Program-made: the position numbers and the translations under genes
The notes under the pieces: model-generated
Told to the model about the DNA's origin: nothing
The model's input: only the letters and a program-made list of their open reading frames with translations
The model's database searches: none
Source of the DNA: Squalus acanthias
Taxonomy: Eukaryota
Direction: 5' to 3'
Assembly (NCBI GenBank): GCA_030390025.1
Contig: CM059432.1
Coordinates: 54,376,001-54,440,000, forward strand
DNA length: 64,000 bases
Shown here: positions 58,464 to 64,000 of the stretch, piece after piece
How the letters are laid out: each line of letters opens with the position of its first letter
Position numbering within the stretch: position 1 is the stretch's first letter

Positions 58464-60704
58464 GGGGGAGAAATTCGTTTTAGCCAGTAAAGTTGCCGGT
58501 GTCACCAGCAACTGGAGTTAACGGCCGCTGAAAATGGCCACAATGCTAACGGAGCAAAGTTCATTGGGGGGATGAAGCTTCTTGGCGGAGCGCTTACCTG
58601 CCATGCAATGCCGTCCTGATGGCATTACTGGAGGCATCCAATGCGATGTTCGTGTGCAGGAGTGGCGTTGGAGCTTCGCACAGCCTCTGGAAGTGAGGTT
58701 GTGGAGCTCGCAAGGAATTGTGGGCAATGAAGAGGTCTGAGAATTAAAGGGGCCATGCACACTGAAGCAATATAAATTAAAATGAAGTGAAACAATTCAG
58801 TTTTCAGCCCTTTCTGCCTTTTAAAAAAATACTTAACATTAAAAAGAAGTCCTAAATGTGATTATTCATCTGTTAAAGCTGAACTCCCTTACTAATCTCA
58901 AAAAATGGGAAAAATGCCTCAGCACTAACACAAATGGCTCAACAAGCCAGGGAAGGGGCACCCAGGGTCTCGCACGCAGCACTTCATCTTTGTGCAGGGG
59001 GTCAACACTGCAAGACAGACCCTCTACCCACACGGGCCAGGAGGGCCCCCAGAAAGAATGATGTGGGAGTACATCACCGAGGCCACCACTGCCAGCAGTG
59101 TCACCCCCACCACCTGGCTCCAGTGCCCAAAGAAGCTTCATGACTGGTCAGGGATAGTGAATGCATCTTCAACAGCCATCTCCTACCAACTGCACCACTA
59201 GCCTTACATGCTGCTCAATGCATGACGCCCCACCCCAATCACTCACCTTCCAACAATCTGCACCAATCACGAGGCACAACATCCATTCCTAGCCTCACCT
59301 CACCTCCTTGGAGGAGACGGTGCTGGCCATTCTTGGCAGAAGCATGGCTGAGCCCTTAGCCAGCGGCAGGGCTGAAAGGATACAAGACGCTGGTATCCTC
59401 ATATGCTATCCTCCTTCTGGCATGCACCTCATACTTTCCTGCCCTCCCATTACCACAACTTTAGCCTTGTGACTTCTTCATTGCACATACCCAAGAAATG
59501 CAGCCTGCCCAGCCAGTGGATGACCAAGAAGAGGGAGAGGAGAGTGAAGAAGAAGAAGATTGATTTGACACTCCCAGCCACCAGCTCCTCAAGATCAACC
59601 AGCAAGGCCATTTGCAGTGTCCCCCACTGAAAGTCAGCGGCCTTCCACCAGCCATGCTGTAGCCACTGGGGAAGCATTGTATTATATCAGTAAGATAGGC
59701 AAAGGCACACACAAGATACTCACTAAGAGAATACAAAAGGGTGATGAGTTGATTTCTTGATGTCACATTGGATGGATAGACATGTATAGGTGGATTGGAA
59801 AGTTTGCTTTGTGGTGCCTTTAATTTCAGCATCGTGGCCAAGAGGACACTGTGATGGTCAGTAACAGATGGAAGGTAAGGTGTGGGACTAATGTTGAAGG
59901 GGGAATTGGGGTTGCGGTCACTGGGACCGCAGGCGGATGTTTCCATCCTGGATATCCCGGCCACAAAGGGCTGTCTGGGATGCATCCTTCCGTCTGATTC
60001 CTCCTCTTCGGCTTCCTCCTCTTCTGCTTCCTCCTCTTCTGCTTCCTCCTCTTTGGCTTCCTCCTCTTCTGCTTCCTTCTTTTCTGTGTCTTCCTCTTCC
60101 CTCTGCAAGCGGATGCTGTAAATGTGAAATGTCAGCATAAAATAGCTTGAAATACTCAACTGGTCCGGTAGCATCTTGACCTGAGACCTGAACTCTGTTT
60201 TTCTCTACATGGATGTTACATGACCTGCTGAGTATTTGCAGCATATTCTGTCTTCTCAAAGGCCTTCATTTACCATCCGAGCCCTTGCAAGCATCCAGCA
60301 GCACTACCTACTCACTTAAAAATCTTTTCACATCTATTGCAGCAAGCCACCACTTCAATAAAACCAAAAAAAAACAGTCCAAAACCTTTAATCCAAACTT
60401 ACCTGAACAATGTGTGTGTCCCTTTAACAGGTGCAGACATCGTCACTGTCAGCCTGCTTGCTCACCAGGTTAACCTACCATGCTTAGGACCCAGCGCTGA
60501 ATTTAGCACTAGAGTCGAAGTTCGCACTTGTGACGTCACAGCACCGCCATTTTGTTCGGGATGGCACTGCAGCAAAGCAAAGGTAAGGACAAAAACGGCG
60601 GCGGCCGCGGAACCCACCAGCAGCTGGCGAAAGAGTGGCGGCCGCCGTTTTAGCGCCATTTAATGGCTCTATGGAGTGGCGCTAAGGCCACGAATTTCAA
60701 GCCC
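58464..60704. mobile_element. Internally deleted Harbinger (Myb remnant +, transposase acidic tail -)
   Basis: Ends GGGGGAGAAATTCG / CGAATTTCAAGCCC, flanks GTA/ATA; MAQQAREGAPR.. Myb start at 58934; 15-bp EEEEA repeat 59998-60075. Confidence 0.78.
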
Positions 60705-60875
60705 ATAGTTTTTATCAAGGAGTGTCTTAAAGAGGAGAGACAGGTGGAGAGGCAGAGAGATTTGGGGTGGAGGGCGAGTTCCAGAGCTTATGTCCTAGAC
60801 AGCTGAAATCATGGATGCCAGTGGAGGGGCAACGGAAATTGGGGATGCACAAGAGGCCAGAATTGGAGGAATACA

Positions 60876-62382
60876 GGGGGAAAAATTCTGTAGCTTAGTG
60901 CCTTCCGTTAGCGCCTGCAGATGGTGGTAACAGGGGTGCTGATCCAGTAGCGCCAGGGCGAGGTGAATCCAGTGCCCCATGGCAAATCCGGCCCACGCCA
61001 ATTGCGCCGCCAGTACGAGGTACCGCCGGGGACTTCAACACCTGGCAGATCGTGATGTCAGTGAGCATGCACTTCCTGGGTGCCTGATCTGGAAAATTCA
61101 TTGTCGCCACTTACCTTAGCGCCTCGACCAGACAGCGACAGGGAGAGCTGGCGTGCAGCTGCAGGAAGCCGGCTCCAGCGACGTTATTTAAAGGCATCAG
61201 CATTAATCACTCCCAGCTGTCAGGGCAGGTTAGTTTCGGTAGCTTCTTGTCAGTTTCACCCAGTGGAACAGTGTGTATGAGCAATTTCAAGCTTCCTTTG
61301 TATCAGCAGTCTTCTAGCAAGTGCAAAGTAACTACATTTATTGCTCAAAGATTCAAACTGCTACACTTAGCAACCTTAATGGGGGCTGTACTGGCATGCC
61401 ACCTCGCCCTCCAGGATCTACAACAGAGGGAGCGTAGGCAGCGAGAAATATGGGAACATGTGTGCAGAGTGATGAGGAGGGACATCAGGAGTCCTTACCC
61501 TCCAAGGGTATTCTGACAGCACTCCTCCTACCTTCAATTAAGCAAGGAGCAGTGTATTAGACAGCTCCACATCACCAAGGTGCTGGTCACAGAACTCTGC
61601 CACCTCCTCCAAACAGACCTCCAGCCTCACAGCAGGATGACCTAAGCCCCAGATCCCTTTTGCTCGCCACATGCCCATCATACCATCCCTGTGTCATGCC
61701 ACATCACAGCATCCTCCTGGGTGCAAAGGTGAAATGAGAGAGGCCACAAAATATTGCAAACTCCATTAAAAATGTATGCATAAACATATCACACAAATCA
61801 CATTCATTCTAATAACTAATGACCCTTGTGCCTGCCATAGTTGAATAGCTGTCATTATGTGCAAGGCGTGAGATGTGGGTGTGAGTGTTGGTAGGTAGAG
61901 ATTGTTGGAGGATGACCGCTGGGGGTCTGGTGCTTTGGGCAGTGTGTGAAGCTTGTGGTACAGATGGTGGTATGTAGCATTTGTTGAAGCATTCAATCAC
62001 CCTGACCACCCGACTGAGGTGGATCTGCCATGAGCACACCTGCTTCAGTCCTCCGGCTCCTTCTCCTTGTTGTGCTTCTCCTCGCTGAGGCAGCTGCACA
62101 GCCAGCAATGTTGGGAATGAGGTGCTGCAGCATCAATGAACCTTCCCTTTAAGTACTGGGAAAAGCCTGTGGCAATGAAGAGTTGCGATTAGACTGCACC
62201 CAATATTGGTCCACTTGTGTAACACCACTGAGCTAGGCCTTTAAGACTTGATTTAGCACTCCTATCATTTCTTTGAACAGTGAGAATGAATTTTGCGTGC
62301 AGTCTAAAGCAGCACCTGGCACTAATTCTCAAACTTTTCTAAAGATACCACCCATTCCTTGGCTATAATAAATTTCTAGCCC
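60876..62382. mobile_element. Internally deleted Harbinger (transposase N-terminus +, Myb remnant -)
   Basis: Ends GGGGGAAAAATT / AATTTCTAGCCC, flanks ACA/GCA; RSPYPPRVF*QHSSYLQLSKEQCIRQLHITK..ELCHLLQ at 61490-61625. Confidence 0.75.
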
Positions 62383-62644
62383 GCAGAGTTCTCGGAGGGT
62401 TGTAGGGCTCGAGAAGGATACAGAGATAGGAAGGGGCAAGGCCACATCCTCCAATGTCAGGGAGCCAGACTCAAGGCTAACACCAGGTTCTTTTGGACGC
62501 TACTAAAATGGCCGACCTTTGGTCACACAGAAAAAACCTCATCTGCATGGCTGCCATTGTCTTGCACCTGTTGCTTTCAACAACTGCTAAACTGCAATTT
62601 TCTTTCACAAATATTTCATTTAAAGTTGAGTAGAATTAAAGGCC

Positions 62645-63298
62645 TTTAGCCCAGAGGCGCATTCCATGCGGAGGGGATGTTTTGAGGTCGGGAAACCCGG
62701 AAGAAAGAGTTTCCCAAACGTCTCATCTTTAAAAAAATTTCTGTCGGTTTCCCACCCACAGACAGCCTGATGGACCGGATGGTGGTCGGGGTGGCAGATG
62801 GTGGTCTGGGGGAGCAAATGGTGGTCGGGAGGGGTCCAATGGTGGCGGAGGGGCAAATGGTGGTCGGGAGGGGTCCAATGGTGGCGGGGGGGGCAGACAG
62901 ATCACGGAGGGCGGGGAGGATTACTGGGGAACTTGTTGGGCCTGGAGGAAACACTCCTGCTCCTCCTGGCCCACAAGCAGTTCCGTAAAGGCACTTATAT
63001 CATGTATTCAACCCTTCTCACCTCCTTTCAGCTGCCGGGTTTTCCGAGGCCTCTGAAACCCGGCCGCCAGTGGCTAAAAATAGAATCACTGTTAAAATTA
63101 AGCCATGCAGCATCATTAAAATATTTAAATTACCAACCTACCTCCTTCGAGTAGATTGGTCACCCCCCCTTGACCCACCTCCGGTAAAACTGGAAGTGGG
63201 CAGGTTTGAGGTGGTTTGGATTCCTGTTTCAGATTGTTTGAATTTTAACCTCTTACCCAACCTCAACCCACCCGTTTGTGGGAGTTAAGATTCAGCCC
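62645..63298. mobile_element. Probable non-autonomous DNA transposon with a 39-bp tandem duplication
   Basis: Shared CACTCCTGCTCCTCCTGGCCCACAAG motif; ends AGATTCAGCCC; duplication at about 62812-62890. Confidence 0.5.
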
Positions 63299-64000
63299 AA
63301 AGTGTAGGCATGCTGTGTGATTTCAGTTTTCAATCCATGAACAATATGTCAATTTTCCATATTGTCTTAGGTTTTTGAATACACAGCCTCACTTCTATAT
63401 TTGTTTTATAAAGAGGGATGCCAGTAAGAAGTTCTTTGTTGCTTACTCAAGGTGAAGTTGAAAAGAATGAAAACAACTCTGACAATACATTGTATTACTT
63501 CAATCTTTAACAATGACGACTCGTCCTTCTTCTCACCACCTCGTCATAGCTGCAATGTCAGCTATTGTAAGGATCTCTTTTATTAACACGGGCAAAGATT
63601 GGTGCAGAGAGACAGTTTCAAAAATACTTGCTGATGGCCTTCACAGTCCATCTTCAAATTCCATTACCAAACCATTACCTTCTACAAATCACTTATTGAA
63701 ACCCACACAAAGTTTTCATAAGTTTCATGAAATTTTAAACAATAAAATATGTGGGAGAACTTTAGAAGCATCAAGAGTTCTGTCTGTCATTGTCTCCTCT
63801 CCCTCAGTACGTACAGACTCCATCACATATTACATGATGCAGTTGATGTGTAAGGGGTGACACGCCTGTGGCTCTGTGCTTAGCCTGGGTGCTAGTGCGA
63901 GGTTAGGCCTTGTTGCCTGTTCTGGTCTCCAGCCAGCCTGGTAACACTAGACCCCTGTGAGTGGTTCGACCCACTCGCCCTTACGGTTCTGACACTGGAC

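Larger units (their letters stand above)
58322..62445 (-). mobile_element. L2-type LINE 3' end in three pieces (58322-58463, 60705-60875, 62383-62445)
   Basis: ACTTGCATTTATATGACACCTTTAATGTAGTAAAACATCCCAAGGCACTT terminal motif; sequence reads continuously once the two Harbinger inserts are removed. Confidence 0.7.

Noticed and set aside
63513..63860. 115-aa ORF
   Set aside because: No recognisable domain or convincing splice context; plausible by chance
63849..64000. Possible start of another LTR (TGTAAGGGG, GC shift)
   Set aside because: Truncated by the window edge; no second end or TSD visible
1..64000. CRISPR arrays, rRNA or prokaryotic operons
   Set aside because: No regularly spaced repeat-spacer arrays or rRNA-like sequence; the content is vertebrate transposable elements

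Overview
Eukaryotic, repeat-dense DNA, most likely from a cartilaginous fish (shark). That assignment is inferred from an HE1-type V-SINE, SacSINE1-like DeuSINEs and shark-type CR1 3' tails. No intact host protein-coding gene could be identified; there are only one or two weak splice-site-defined exon candidates. The window is almost entirely a nest of mostly decayed transposable elements. These are many CR1-group LINEs (one with an SGNH-esterase ORF1), a young Penelope-like element (683-bp inverted repeat, 13-bp TSD, hammerhead ribozyme), several PIF/Harbinger elements (convergent DDE transposase and Myb/SANT genes) with non-autonomous derivatives and MITEs, an RTE LINE with a twin-priming-type inversion, two solo LTRs, an L2 3' end and SINEs. 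The most notable observations are a Harbinger-type MITE family whose internal hairpins show compensatory substitutions between copies, a LINE headed by a tRNA-like A/B-box module with no ORF1, and a Harbinger stretched to about 17.5 kb by five levels of nesting. All boundaries were read by eye; those not pinned by a TSD are approximate, and family names were not checked against a database.
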